The translations under genes were made by a program, and so were the position numbers. From Felis catus (taxonomy: Eukaryota), in NCBI RefSeq assembly GCF_018350175.1, contig NC_058383.1, forward strand, positions 23,686,001-23,750,000: a stretch of DNA of 64,000 bases. Direction: 5' to 3'. Position 1 is the stretch's first letter. The number at the start of each line of letters is the position of its first letter. Of the stretch, positions 11,400-25,631 are shown one piece after another. The notes below the pieces were generated by a model. It saw only the letters and a list, made by a program, of their open reading frames with translations. It was not told where the DNA came from and searched no databases.

Positions 11400-12720
11400 C
11401 CCCAGATCAAGAAGAGCAAATCTGAGAGTCAAAAGGCCCCGAGGGCCAGCCGGGCAGCGGACCTCGGGCTCCCGGCACCCTTCGCGCCTCCGCTTGCACG
11501 AAGGGCGCCCCCACGACAACCGCCCACTGCTCTGAGGCCGGACTCCCGCCTCTCAAGCCCACGCACCCTATCCACTGGCTAACTGGCCGGCTGGACACCC
11601 GCCACAGGCGCCGCTGATGTCGCCACCTCCACAACCAGCACCCGAAACACTGGCCCAGGAACGACCCTAAGCAGAAGGGAGGGCGAGGTCCTCGGCCGCA
11701 CCCCTTAGCCTTTCCCCCGCCTTCTTTGTTTCTTCCGGAGTCGCCATTGGCTGCCTGCCCGCGAGACCGGGCGACCCGCGGGACAACGGTGAGACAGGAT
11801 TGGACGACGTCACTGCCGCTCGGCCAGCGGCCCGCTCTCGATTGGCCGAGGAGCCGCCGGGGGTTTGAATCGCGGCCCCGGCCGGGGAGGGTTCTGCCAA
11901 AGTGCCACGTTGGGCCCGGCTGCGGCGTGAGGAGCCGGCTCAGGGCTCCGTCCCGGGCGTTCGCGCCTGGGCACCGGCCGTTGGGGCAGTTGGGCGGCAC
12001 GAGTAGAGTCGGGAAGCCGGTCCGCGGCGTGCGCTGCGGGCCGCCCCGCGGCGGCGGCGGGGAACGGCTCCGGTCAGGAGGCGCCGCGGAGCCTGGGCGG
12101 CGGCGGGTCCCGCCCGAAGGCGGCTCTGGCTGAGGGCGGAGGGGCCGGCGGAGCGCCCGGGGCAGCGGCTGAGGCGGGACGGCGGCGGCGGGGGCCGCTG
12201 CCCCCGGAGGAGCCGGTCGAGATGCTGGCGGAAAACCTGGTGGAGGAGTTTGAGATGAAGGAGGACGAGCCGTGGTACGACCACCGGGACCTCCAGCAAG
12301 GTGAGGGCGCGGTCGCTCCCCGGGCGGGCGGCCTGGAGAGGGAGGCTCCCGGGTGCGAAACCGTTAAAAAGTTGGTTTCCCTGGCGGCTGGCGGACGTCA
12401 GGTGCGGGAATGTCCGGCGCTCACCTGGCGTGGGGACCGGGAGGCTGCCCAGCCCGCCAGGAGGCCGCTTCTGCTCAGTGACCCTCACCGTCCCTGCGTG
12501 TGGGGTGCTAACTGCGCCGGGCACCGCTGGGACCGCCTCCCCAGTTAGCGGTTGAATCCTCCCCGCGTTACCTGGAAGCTCCGGTTGCCCCTCCGCACCT
12601 CCAGGGGGACCCCCGGCCCACGCCCGGTGGGAGCTGCTGCAGGTGTTGGGGGTAGCAGTGCTGGGGGGCGGGAACGGTGCCGGGCTCTCCCATTTCATCC
12701 GCCCGACACCTTACTTGGAG
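11400..12720. promoter_or_regulatory. CpG island / CDR2 promoter, probably bidirectional
   Basis: Very GC- and CpG-rich stretch spanning CDR2 exon 1. ATTGG (CCAAT) at 11746, 11799 and 11841; CRE-like GACGTCA at 11806-11812; TTTGAA at 11864-11869; GC boxes. Confidence 0.9.
12222..12300 (+). CDS. CDR2: CDR2 (cerebellar degeneration-related protein 2) coding exon 1, 79 nt
   Basis: MLAENLVEEFEMKEDEPWYDHRDLQQ matches the CDR2 N-terminus; donor AAG|gtgagg. Confidence 0.97.
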
Positions 12721-15700
12721 AGCAGCATCTCTTGTCCCCATTTCCCAGATGAGGAAAGCGAGGCTAAACCACCAAGTGACCTCCCCCAAGTCAAGCGTGG
12801 GGGCAAGCATTTTTGAACCCATACACTCACAACGAGGAGTCCTACCTACTGCCCAGACCTTATCTCTCCTTTATCACCGGCTTACAGCTTCTTAAGTTGG
12901 GTGTCAGAAGGTTGAAAAACTTTTTTTTTGCTAATGCATCGTACACCAGATGCCAAGTGAAAATGACTTGAGGCACTTCTGCCTCTGCCACTTCTCCTAG
13001 TTGGCATCTAGTTTTTTAGTTGCAAACAGGCTTTCAGATCTGGGCCTGCCTCGGATTTCTTGCTGAAGATGTCTCAAAGAAAAATGTTAAAGCAGGCTTC
13101 AGTTTGGAGGCAGTGCCCCCACCCTTTTTTTGCATATTAATAGAGAGCATTTGCAATTAGGGAACAATTTTTGTGGATTTTTAACACTGATGCCCATTTA
13201 GTCTTCCCATCAAGCTATGGATACTGTTACTAGGGGAGATAGGATTCCACTCCGAACTTCAGAGCAAACTTTTTAACCAGCACACCGAATACTCCTTAGG
13301 AATTTTATCCAGGCATCTTCGGTTTCTGCAGTTCTGTGCAAATCAACTTTCTCAGCTCTAAAACGGCACTGCAAATTAACATCTCATTTAGTTGAATATT
13401 AAATGGTGGTGATACTTGTTCATGCTAATCATTGAACTTGGGGTGGAGGTGGGGAAGGGTGTAGGCTTGAGTAACTTGTACTTAGAAAAGGAAAACAAGA
13501 CAAGCAACTCTTTTGAGAGGGGAGGTGGTTTTGTTCTTTTTCTTTCTTTTTTTTTTTTTTTTTTTAAGTGTTTCGTGGACAGTCACTTGAACCAAAGTGG
13601 TTCACAAGCTCACTTACATAGTCCAAGCTATTCAGTGGCTATAGTGCATGATTTGCCATCATGTTCCCAATGTCCACAAGGCAAATTTGTCTTACATTTT
13701 AACAAACCCGTTTTCAGAATTCCCCATAAGGATTGATGGCCTAGTTTGATACTTTCTCTAGGATTAATGAGTCAAATACTGCACCATTGCAACATTTCCC
13801 TACAATACCTTAAGCAGTTTGTATAATTGAAGCTAAATATTTTTATTTAGCAAGCATAGATCTGTATAGGCCCTTATTAAAAAATCTAGCATAACACTGA
13901 TCACAAAATAGAGGCTCAGTTTTAATATTTGGTGAACTGAGGCTCTCAAACTGTTTTCATGTCTCTCTTCCATCAGGTGCTTTTGTCCACACTACACTTT
14001 ACACCCTGTGGGAAGTTGTTAAGAGCAGATTTAAGTTGTAATACTTAAATCTACAAGAAGCAAATGTAACATGTTGGGGTTACATGTGGAACTCTTTAAC
14101 CTCTGACCAAAACAAAGTCATCAGATGTTCAAGTTTAATGAAACCTTAATGAGCACAGGTCTGAACCTCCTTAATGTCAGTTTGCATTTGGAATTTGTTC
14201 TCTGCTTTTCAGAAGACTTTCACATCTGTTATTACAGGGGACTTTGACAACCCTGTATGTCATAACCAAGTGCGTGGGGGTAGGAATAGGTGTGAAATTG
14301 CAAAAGTCATAACTTACGAATAGGCCTGTAAAAGAATGACGTCTGCACTGTGAATAAAAGAATAGCTTTGTCCCAGTTTTCATTAAAAAATTTTTTTTAA
14401 CATTTTTATTTAGTTTTGAGAGACAGAGACCGAGCGTGAGCAAAGGAGGGGCAGAGAGGGAGATACAGAATCTGAAGCAGGCTCCAGGCTGACACAGAGC
14501 TGGGGCTCAAACCCATCAACTGTGAGATCATGACCTGAGTCGAAGTCGGACACTTAACCAACCGACTGAGCCACCCAGGCGCCCCTGTCCCAGTTTTTAA
14601 AAATTATATATTAAAGAATACCTAAACTTCTAATGAATTTTTAAGTGTGTTAATTTCTGAAAAATTTATTATCTACTCTGTGCCAGGTATTCATCTAGGC
14701 ACTGGGGCCACAAGATAGGATAGATAAGATCCTATCCACAAGATAGGATAGGTAAGATCCTACCCTTGGAGTTGACAGTGTAGGAATCTGTTTACTAGAG
14801 AAGCCTGGAGATGTTGCCTCCTGGTGTGTGCCCAGCTACAGTGCCTGGTGCATGGTAGGCCCTTAGTAGATATTTGCTGCTAAATACAGTTTGGGAGCAA
14901 GTCTGTCCTGTTGAACAGATTGATAAACACATCTAGTGGGATTTTTATCAAGTGCGGACATTTGTTTATTTTTTTAACATCCTCATTATTTACTGAGCAA
15001 GCCTTGTTTGGAGAGAGCTCCTAAAACAACTTTTTAAGATCCTGTTCTCAAAGTCATTAAACTACAGATTTGTTTCCTTTAGTAATAGATGTATTATTTA
15101 AGTAGATCGATCGTATCAAAGTTTGGTGGGGCATTCTTTTTTAAATTAAAATTGCAGAAAAATTCTAATCTCAGAAGGCTCTGGTCCACCATTATTACCT
15201 TGTTAGAAACATGTAAAGCTTGTGCAGGCAGAAGGAGAAAACCTTTGCTTTTACAGAACACTTTGATAAAGAGACGGTCTTTTGTCAGCGAGCTGAGTTG
15301 GCGCAGTAAGAATACTGACAATGATCTCTGTGGGTAAGATCCTTTCTGGGACAGCAGGAGCCTTCTGTGCAGGTAATGATGGTGCTTGCTTTGAAATGTG
15401 TGCCTGAGAACAAGGTGGAAAGACTTCAGAGACAAAGTTTTCTTTCAGTCCAACTGCTATTATAATTGTCATTTGGTGAGCTGTGCAAGCTTAGAATAAC
15501 GCTTCAAGTTTCTACTATATGGATCAGCAAATGAAATCTTAGTTTAAAGGAATCCTTAGACTTCTGCTTCTTTTCATGATGAGTACGTTTTCCAAGTGCA
15601 CAACTAATTTGCTGAATCATTGTTGAAGGGTCATTAAAACTGGCACCATCATTTTTCTTGATGTTTATATTCAGGCTTTTTTGCTTTCCCAATTATAGTA

Positions 15701-18229
15701 ACGTTGGCAACAGGAGTTACACAGAAGCATCGCCCAATGACGCATCTGATTTTGTAATAGGAAAAGCTTTCAGCCTTAATGTTGTTGAATTACTGCTGCA
15801 GTCTTCAGCTAACATGGGAATATGTTGTCCTCATGGTTCATGAAAAACTGAAGTCAATTAAAAATATAATAGCAGTGGAATTTACAGGTTTCAGAATTCT
15901 GGAAGAAAGAGCCTTTAAAAAAAAAAAAAATCACTCAGCTGCCAGAGGTAGTTTTGCTTAAGGCATAGGGCTGAGTAGAGTACCGGTTTAAACCTTACAG
16001 TTTATCTGTTAAAATAGATGATTATTATGTGCAAAGATTGATTAGTGAAAATATTAAACATATGAAGATACTGATAGGTTGTAATTCTCAAGCCTGCAGG
16101 AAATGTGTGGTATTTTTATTTATTATTTTTGATGTTTTATTTATTTTTGAGAGAGACAGAGACAGAGCACCAGCAGGTGAGGGGCAGAGAGAGAGAGAGA
16201 GAGAGAGAGAGGCAGGCAGACACAGAATGAGAAGCTGGCTCCAGGCTCTGAGCTCTCAGCACAGAGCCTGACGCGGGGCTAGAAACTGCGAACCATGAGT
16301 TCATGACCTGAGCTGATGTCAGATATTCAACCGACTGAGCCACCCAGGTGCCCCAGTGTGTGGTATTTTTAGTGGCTGCCTAGATCAGCTCAGTAAGTTC
16401 AATAGGATTTAGAAAAGACCATCTCTTAATGAAAATCCTTATCGTAAACTAGAGATGATCAGGTGCATGAAGCTTCAAAATGATATTGTATCCTTTTGTG
16501 TCTTACTTTAAAATATAAGGACATTGAACATTCTCCCATTGCCCCCACTAATTATTTAGAAATGCTTCTTGGGCTTCCTGCCAGCTTTTGGCTTCTTATG
16601 GTTATGGAAGCCAGATGCTACACAACAGGAAATGAATTTTTTTTAAGACCAAAAAAAGACCCTTGTCTTTAAACTAACAGATGAAGTAATATCCTATTAT
16701 GCCGTGTGACTTCGCAGACACTTACTTGTAGTTGAGACTTGTTTTTGCCGGAATTCGATCCTAAACATCTATGAAATATTTAGGAGATTGAGACTTCAGG
16801 TTACCGAACCAGGTTGGGGCTTTGTTTAACTGGAAATAAGGATTGAGATAAGGGCAAGTCTCAAATTATTTTCTGCTTGCTGTTTACTGGAAGCGTGCTG
16901 TGCTTGACATCTCTTTCTGCAGCAGCAGGAGGAGAAAAGCTGCTCCTGGCTGCGTATTAAGTAGCAGGTAGTTTCATGAATGAAAGTAGTTGAAGATGGC
17001 CACAAGTTAGCCTTGCTTCTGGAGGAGGTTTTGGCTCAGGTTTTGATCGCTAGTTAAGAACACCTTTGATGAGTCTCTGGTCCTTCCCAGTGAGGAATTA
17101 CCACCTTACAACAGGCCAGGAGAGATTTAAGTAATGTCTAGGTAATGTTTATATGCTTTGTCTTTGATAAGCATGGTGGCTTCTTGGTGGTGGGGCTGTG
17201 TATACACATTACACACCCTGTGAGTACAAAGCCTCTGCCAGCGGCACATAGTTCCTTCTGCATTTAGTGAAAACAAGATATTAACTTGCCTGGAGTTGTA
17301 TGTGATTTCACTGGCAGAACAGGCAGTAAAAGCCAAGTAGCTCAACTCTGGCTTCTCATCGCCATCTATAAAAACAAGTGAAAAGATTAAGTACCTCATA
17401 GAGGGAAATCTACTCTCCACCCGAAACAAAGAGGTGTGTGGGCCTCCTGGTATAAAGATGTGGAGTATGATGTAAGCGAAGTTAGAAGCTGTTGACAGTA
17501 GTTGCTGTTGTGCGGTGACTCACCATGTAGATTTGGTCAGTCAGGTAGCATCTTTGTGCTTCAGGTTGTTTCATTTGAAAATCTGGGCTAAATACCTTGA
17601 AAAGATAGATTAATCTCTTAAGTGCTTTGAGCTGTTCGTAAAGTTCTGTGCCTTGCGAATAGAAGATGTTATTTCATGGACTTGTTATCTGAAGTCTTAA
17701 GTTCATTAATAGGCTTTTTAATATTTAAATCATGAGAAAATGTATTTTAACACCTATCTGCCAACATATATACTGTTTTATTATAAATGGGTGTAAGGTG
17801 TTTTAAAATGAGCTGGAGTGGTGTCTGGGAGGTTTTGCTACTTTGTTTTTTCCTAATGAGGAAAAACTAATCAAGTAGAATACTAATTATGCACTCGAGT
17901 GGACAGTACCACATAACAAAAATTAATTGCTTTTCTTTTACCACTTTAGGTTAAGTTTTAATGTTGATGGTAATGAATAAACATAAAAACTTGTCAACCT
18001 CTAAAAGTCAAGTTTTTAAAGGTTTTTGTTTTGTTTTTTAGAGAGAGAGAGAGAGAGAGAGCGCGCGCACCAGAGGGACAGAGGCAGGGTGAGAGAGAAT
18101 CTCAAGCAGGCTCCACACCCAGCACGGAGCCCAACGTGGGGTTCGATCTCATGACCATGAGATCCATGACCTGAGTCAGATGCTTAACCGACTGAGCTAC
18201 CCAGGTGCCCCTAAAAATTAAAAAGCATA

Positions 18230-19050
18230 TGTAGTGAGGTTCCCTGTTTTCATCATGAATATTGTTTTCATAATATTTTCTGACATTAAGTAAAGTGACT
18301 TTCCATCATACTTAGAGTAAAATTTAAACTGTCTCTACATGGGCTATAAGCTCTTGTATGCTCTGCCTACGGTCCAGCTTCATCTCTTCCCGCTCTCCCT
18401 CTCCCGCTTCTGTCACACTGGCTTCTTGTCAGGTTGCAGACTGTGCCAGCTTCTTTCTTGTTGAAGTGCCTGTCTCACTTTTTTACTCCTCACTCTTCAA
18501 GCCTCAGCTAAAATATCCGCTCAGACTTTTCTTGTGACCTCTTTCTAAAATAGATCCTTTGTTCATTATCACCAAATCTATTTTTTTTCTCACACATCAC
18601 ATTCAGTTGGTTGACAAATCTCTTTAGCTCCACTTTAAACCATATCTGGATTCCTACCCCTGTCTTCATCTCCTCCACTGTGGTCCAAGCCACCACCGTC
18701 TCTTACCGAGATGATTGCAGTATCCTCCTGTACCCTGCTTCCATCTTTATCTCTTCAGTCTGTTCACACAGCAGCCACTCATCCTGTCAAAAGCCTTCAC
18801 TGGGTTCCATTTTACTCGGAGTAAAAGCCAAAATCTTGACCTTCTTAGTTAGGTCCTATACCAGCTGGCCCGGCAACCTTGGAGCCCCTCTGACTTGTCA
18901 CCCTCTTGCCCCTTATGCACACTTCGATTCAGCCTCGTTAGCTCCAGTTACACTTCCTCCCAGAGCCTTTGGCCATGTTTTGTCTCTACGTGGAATGGTG
19001 GTCCTCTAGATTGATCTAGGTGGGTCATTTATTCAGTTCCTTCACACCTT
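18230..19050. mobile_element. Old L2-like LINE fragments
   Basis: Pyrimidine-rich degenerate sequence with motifs such as ggtccaagccaccaccgtctct and gagtaaaagccaaaatcttgac, typical of the L2 3' region. Confidence 0.6.
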
Positions 19051-21810
19051 AGTCCTTTTTGTTTTGTTAATATTTATTTTGAACAGCAAGTGCAAGTGGG
19101 CGAGGGGCAGAGAGATGGGGGGACAGAGGATCCGAAGCAGCTCCAGGCTCCCAGCTGTCAGCACAGAACCCGATACGGGGCTCTAACTCCAAAACCGCAA
19201 GATCATAACCTGAGCCGAAGTTGGACACTCAACCAATTGAGCTGCCTAGGTGCCCCCACATCTTAATTCTAATGTCACCCTGGTCGCGTGTTCATAAATT
19301 TCAACCTCCCACATCCACATTCTTCACATCCCCCTAACTCGATACATTTTTTTCTCTTTAGCACTTACTGCTATCTTTTTAAAAAAAATTTTTTTTAACG
19401 TTTATTTATTATTGAGACAGAGAGAGACAGAGCATGAATGGGAGAGGGTCAGAGAGAGAGGGAGACACAGAATCTGAAACAGGCTCCAGGCGGTCAGCAC
19501 AGAGCCTGACGCGGGGCTCGAACCCACGGACCGCAAGATCATGACCTGAGCTGAAGTCGGACGCTTAACCGACTGAGCCACCCAGGCGCCCCAGCACTTA
19601 CTGCTATCTTTTTTATATTTTATCATGCTGTTTCTCCCAATAGAAAGAAGCTTCATGAGGGCAGGGAATTTTTTAGCTAAGTTCATTCTTCTATTCTTAA
19701 TGTCCAGAACAGTGTCCGGTATTAATGAAGGTATGCATGCATGTATGAATGAAAAGTGTTTATCACATTTGGCAAATTTATTTACTTATTTACTGTCTGA
19801 CTTTTCCCATTCATCTCTTGGAATGTCAGGATAACAGGAACTTCATCCATCTTATTCACCATTCTGTAGCCAAAACTTGGCATAGTGCCTAGCAATAAAA
19901 ACATTAATTTGTGAATCAATGCATACTAATAATACTTTGATTTTGTATGCAGCTTAGTTTCTGAAGTACTTCCTTATATATATTATTTCATTTGGTTTTT
20001 ATAATCTTACACTGATAGGACCATCATCTCTCTACACAAGAATACTAAGTGTAGGGACCTTTAAAGTCACCATATTGAAAGAGTTAACCTGGTAAATGGT
20101 AGTCAGAACTTGACCTCAGACCTTTCTACTCAGTTCAGTGCATTTCTCACTATATTGAAGGACCTCCCATGAAACTTACTATGCAGATAGGTGTTTCAGT
20201 TACTTATATTAGAACTATTGTCCATTTTAGTATCATTAAATTTTTTGTTTCGGGTAGTGTGTATAATACAAACAAACCTTGTTTTAGGTACATATATGCC
20301 TAAGAAGAGAGAGTTGGAAAATTAGGTTTAAAATAGAAATATGGTAGGGCTCCCGGGTCGCTCAGTTGGTTAAGCGTCTGACTTGCGCTCACATCTTGAT
20401 CTCACAGTTCGTAAGCTCGAGCCCCACATCAGGCTCTGTGCTGACAGTTCAAAGTGTGGAGCCTGCTTTGGATTCTGTGTCTCCTTCTCTCTCTGCCCCT
20501 CCCCCACTCATGCTCTGTCTATCTCTTTCTCTAAAATAAATAATAAAACATTAAAAAAATTAAAATAGAAATATGGTTTGTGTTAAGTCAAAGTATAAGC
20601 TATGGACATGTAATTCCTTAAAAACTCACTGTATTGCTTATCTGATGTGCTCATCTTGGAGAAAGACATGAAGAGAGGTAGAAAAAAATGAGAGACCTGG
20701 AGCAGGTATTATTATTGATGTTTTTTTTTTTTTTTAAGTTTATTTTGAGAGAGAGAGGGGGAGGGAGGGGCAGAGGGAGAGAGAGAATCCCAAGCAGGCT
20801 CCACAGTGACAGTGCAGGGTTCAAATCCACAAACCTTGAGACCATGATGACCTGAGCCAAAATCAAGTGTCCAATGCTTAACCGACTGAGCCACCGAGGC
20901 ACCCTAGTTTTTCCCTTTTTTGACTTAATTTTAGTCTCCTTAGGAGTTCAGGATCTGTAATACATACTTTGCTTTGACAGATTCACAACAGCCAGATTTC
21001 ATGGGAACTCTAGAAACTATTGAAGGATCTGCCTGTACTTTGGCGTAAAGATCTTCTAGAAGAAAGTAGACGATGATATGAATAAGTCCAGTCCATGAGC
21101 AAATAATTATTATGTTAGAGGTCACTGTGATGAATGATCATTTCTGAGTGAATAAATACATCTCCATCTTACAAGTAAGGTATATAACAGTGTACATTAC
21201 TGGATAGAGGAACCCAGTTCAACTGAATTTTAAGTAGAACTCTGGTTTCTTTCTGTGCCATTTTTCCTTCCATTGGGATCTGACTGAAACTTTGTGTTGG
21301 GTTAGGTCCTGATTCATTCTTAAAAAAAATTTTTTTAATGTTTTATTAAAAAAAATTTTTTTTAACGTTTATTTATTTTTGAGACAGAGAGAGACAGAGC
21401 ATGAACGGGGGAGGGTCAGAGAGAGGGAGACACAGAATCTGAAACAGGCTCCAGGCTCTGAGCTGTCAGCACAGAGCCCGATGGCGGGGCTCGAACTCAC
21501 GGACCATGAGATCATGACCTGAGCTGAAGTCGGCCGCTTAACTGAGCCACCCAGGCGCCCCTGTTTTATTTACTTTTGAGAGCAAGAGAGAGCACAAGTT
21601 GGGGAGGGGCAGAGATAGAGGGGGAGACACAAAATCCAAAACAGGCTCCAGGTTCTGAGCTGTCAGTAGAGAGTTCGATGTGGGGCCCAAACTCCCAGAC
21701 CATGAGGTCATGACCTGAGCCACCCAGGTGCCCCTTGATTCATTCTTACTTTAGGCACTGGGTTATATACAAGGTTGAAGTGTGATCATTTGCATTATTG
21801 TGCTTGTTGA

Positions 21811-22122
<312 letters not shown>

Positions 22123-25100
22123 TAGAAGTAAATGGTCCAGTATTTGCCAGTATGTGAAGCACAATAAAGTTGTCCATATTATACTTCATTTTTTACTTTT
22201 TTCTTTTAAAAAATGAATTATGCAATATTCCAGATATGCCAAGAGGTATAAGAATAATACAGTTAACAGCTATGTACCCACCAGCATGTGACTCTTGATT
22301 TCAGGTCTTAAGTTTGAACCCCATGTTGTGGGTGGAGTTTACTTAAAAAAAAATTAACCATAAAATAGATATTTCTTTCTCCCTGCTATGATCTTAATTT
22401 ATTTACATTTTTAGTAGATTTTTAAAAAAATTTTTTTTAATGTTTTATTTATTTTTGAGACAGAGAGAGACAGAGCATGAACGGGGGAGGGACAGAGAGA
22501 GAGGGAGACACAGAATCGGAAGCAGGCTCCAGGCTCCGAGCCATCAGCCCAGAGCCCGATGCAGGGCTCGAACTCACGGACCACGAGATTGTGACCTGAG
22601 CTGAAGTCGGACGCTTAACCGACTGAGCCACCTAGGCGCCCCAATAGATTTTTTTAAAATTAAAAGAGTACTTTTTCCTTTAGTTGAACAAACTAAAGTG
22701 AAAGACACTAGATTAAGGCTTTAAAAATGCAAGGTGCTGTCTTATAAATGGTCCCATTCTAGTAGCCCAGTTATGTGTAAGTCATGTGCCTGTAAAGATG
22801 ATAATTTTGGATATTAACCTGACAGTTGCCTGATTAGAATACTTTTCTCCATGCTCCAACCCCCCCGTATGCCCACCCAAAAAAGCTTTGCACTTAAATT
22901 ACAATTCCTTCTCTTCAAATTGGTACATTAAAACCAGCACTCTTGTGTGAGTATAAAAGACCTTAGAACAGTGATCACAGGCGCCTGGGTGGTTCAGTTG
23001 GTTAAGTGTCCGACTTTTGATTTCAGTTCCAGTCATGATCTCACAGGTTCATTAGATCAAGCCCCACCACTGTGCTGATAGCAAGGACCCTGCTTGAGAT
23101 TCATTCTCCCCCTCCCACCCTCCCTCCCCCCGCCCCTCCCCAACTTCTGCACACTTGCTCACAAGTGTGCTCTCTCTCTCAATAAACAAGTAAATATTCT
23201 AAAAAAAAAACCAACCGTGATCAGAACTTACTGAGTCTAATTAAATACTGAACCAGGTTCTAGAAACTCAAAGAAATAGAATTACATGTAGTCCTTGACT
23301 TCTAAGCAATCAAAATTACACAAACTTCAATTTTTTAATACAAATCTACCATCAAAACTAAGGCAAATTCATAATCTCTGTATCCTTATTTTTACATAGT
23401 AGCCATAAATAAGATGTATATATACAGTAGATCTGCCTCTTCATCAGGATTTATGAATATAGCCAATAATGTGATTGGCTATGTGGGAAATACACTTTTA
23501 TCATTCTAGGAAGGTGTATCTTGTAATGATATTAAAGTCACCAGCTGCCACTTTTAGCGCTTTTCTATATCAAAAGAGTGTAGAACATGCCATACCCAAA
23601 ATTAGATGTAATTACTGTACAGTTTGTCAGAAACCTAAAAATGCAGAAAAACCAGGCATTTTTTTGAAAGTTTATTTATTTTGAGAGAGAGGGAGCATGT
23701 GCATGTGAGTGGGGGAAGGACAGAGAGAATCCCAGAGAGAATCCAACAGCACAGAATCTGACTCAGGGCTTGATCCCATGAACTGTGAGATTATGACCTG
23801 ATCCAAAACCAAGAGTTGGGTGCTTAACCGACTGAGCCACCCAGGTGCCCTCCAGAAATACCAGAATAAATTTTTTAAAACTGTTAAAACTAGCCAAATG
23901 TTGTACGTGCTCAAGGAATTCGTACTTGCTTTGTGTTGTAGACTTTGCTTTACAACTCATCAGAAGATGTCCTAGAGTAGCCTATGAAGTAGTCTATGAA
24001 GACTATCATATACTGTGAGATATGTCTATTAGTATTTGTGTAGAAGCATTTTCTTAATACACTGTATTGATGTTTTCTATGAAAAGCACCTGAATTCATT
24101 GTAACTGAATTCTATAACTGCTACTTATTTTAGAATATCTCCCAAGTATAGATGAAAAAAGGGTATTATTTGCATACTAAGAGAGTGATGCCTATTTGCT
24201 ACCACTGTAGGAGATGACAAACACAATTGCTTTATGATGTAAGTTACTTATTTTCTACCTTTTTTTCCCTGTTGTGTTGAGGAATATTAAGACAGATTGT
24301 TAACATTCTGAAAAAAAAAAAAAATCCACAGATCTTTAAGATTCTCCAAATCTATAAGTAACACTCTATACCATCTATTGTTTTCTATAAGATGTTGCAA
24401 AGCATAATGGAAATGAACTACTCATACTCGGTTCACATCTTAATGGTTAAATAAATATGAAATTAAATACATGTATAAACTATTCAAATAAATTTAGCCT
24501 GGAGTATTCCAGAAATGTTTTCATGAATCTCTTGTTTCCATAATAGAGCATGCAGTCCCCTGGTTCTTAGATCCAAGAATTGTAGCTTTCAACATTTTAC
24601 TCTTTATCCAAAGCTGTGTTTTGGCTGAGAACAACACTGTCATAGATTACTTCTCTGCCATTGCACTTGGCTTTCTTCTTTCTTTTTGTGAATCACTTTA
24701 TGAAAGTCAATGAGGATGGGACAAAATGGGATGAAATGGCAGTGCTGGTTAAGCCCACTTAGCAGTGAGAGGACCCCCACAAACTGGCCTTGTTGCCTGC
24801 TCAGTTCACATCTGCTCCTGTGCAGACTTACAAATCACAACATAGACTTGCAATAGTCTAAAACAAGGTAGGCTTGATGTTCTTATAAAAGTAAGCGGGC
24901 AACCAAAGAGCCTAATTCCCTACTGAAAGGGAATTATGTGCCTCTTATCGTTGTAACCTTTAGGAACCCCCTAAACTTTATAAGGGCTCTTTCCTTAATT
25001 AAAACCTTCTATCAGTTTCTTTTTCTCTTTTAAGTAAACTTTTTATTGAAATACACATGCAGAAAACACAGATCCTAAATATATAGTTCAATGAGTTTTC

Positions 25101-25578
25101 ATAAAGTAAACATATTAATACAGTCAACACCCAGATAAGAAATGAGAACATTATCAGCTCTGCCAGTTGTCACTGCCACTAACCGGCATTCTAACACCTA
25201 GATTAGCCTGTTTGAACTTTACAGCTCGTATAGGTTTTTTGGTTTTTTTAATTTTTTAGCATTTTGTTTTTTCTTTTTTTTTTTTTAGAAAGCTTTTTTT
25301 TTTTCCAATTTTTTTTTTAATTTTTTTTTTCAACATTTTTTATTTATTTTTGGGACAGAGAGAGACAGAGCATGAACAGGGGAGGGGCAGAGAGAGAGGG
25401 AGACACAGAATCGGAAGCAGGCTCCGAGCCATCAGCCCAGAGCCTGACGCAGGGCTCGAACTCACGGACCGCGAGATCGTGACCTGGCTGAAGTCGGACG
25501 CTTAACCGACTGCGCCACCCAGGCGCCCCTCCAATTTATTTTTGAGAGAGAGAAGCAGAGAACAAGCGGGGCAAGGGC

Positions 25579-25631
<53 letters not shown>

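Noticed and set aside
11407..12895. Long overlapping ORFs (197, 252, 135 aa)
   Set aside because: Stop-poor CpG island sequence with low-complexity G/P/R/A translations
15089..15472. Overlapping ORFs on both strands in CDR2 intron 1
   Set aside because: No recognisable protein similarity or supported exon structure
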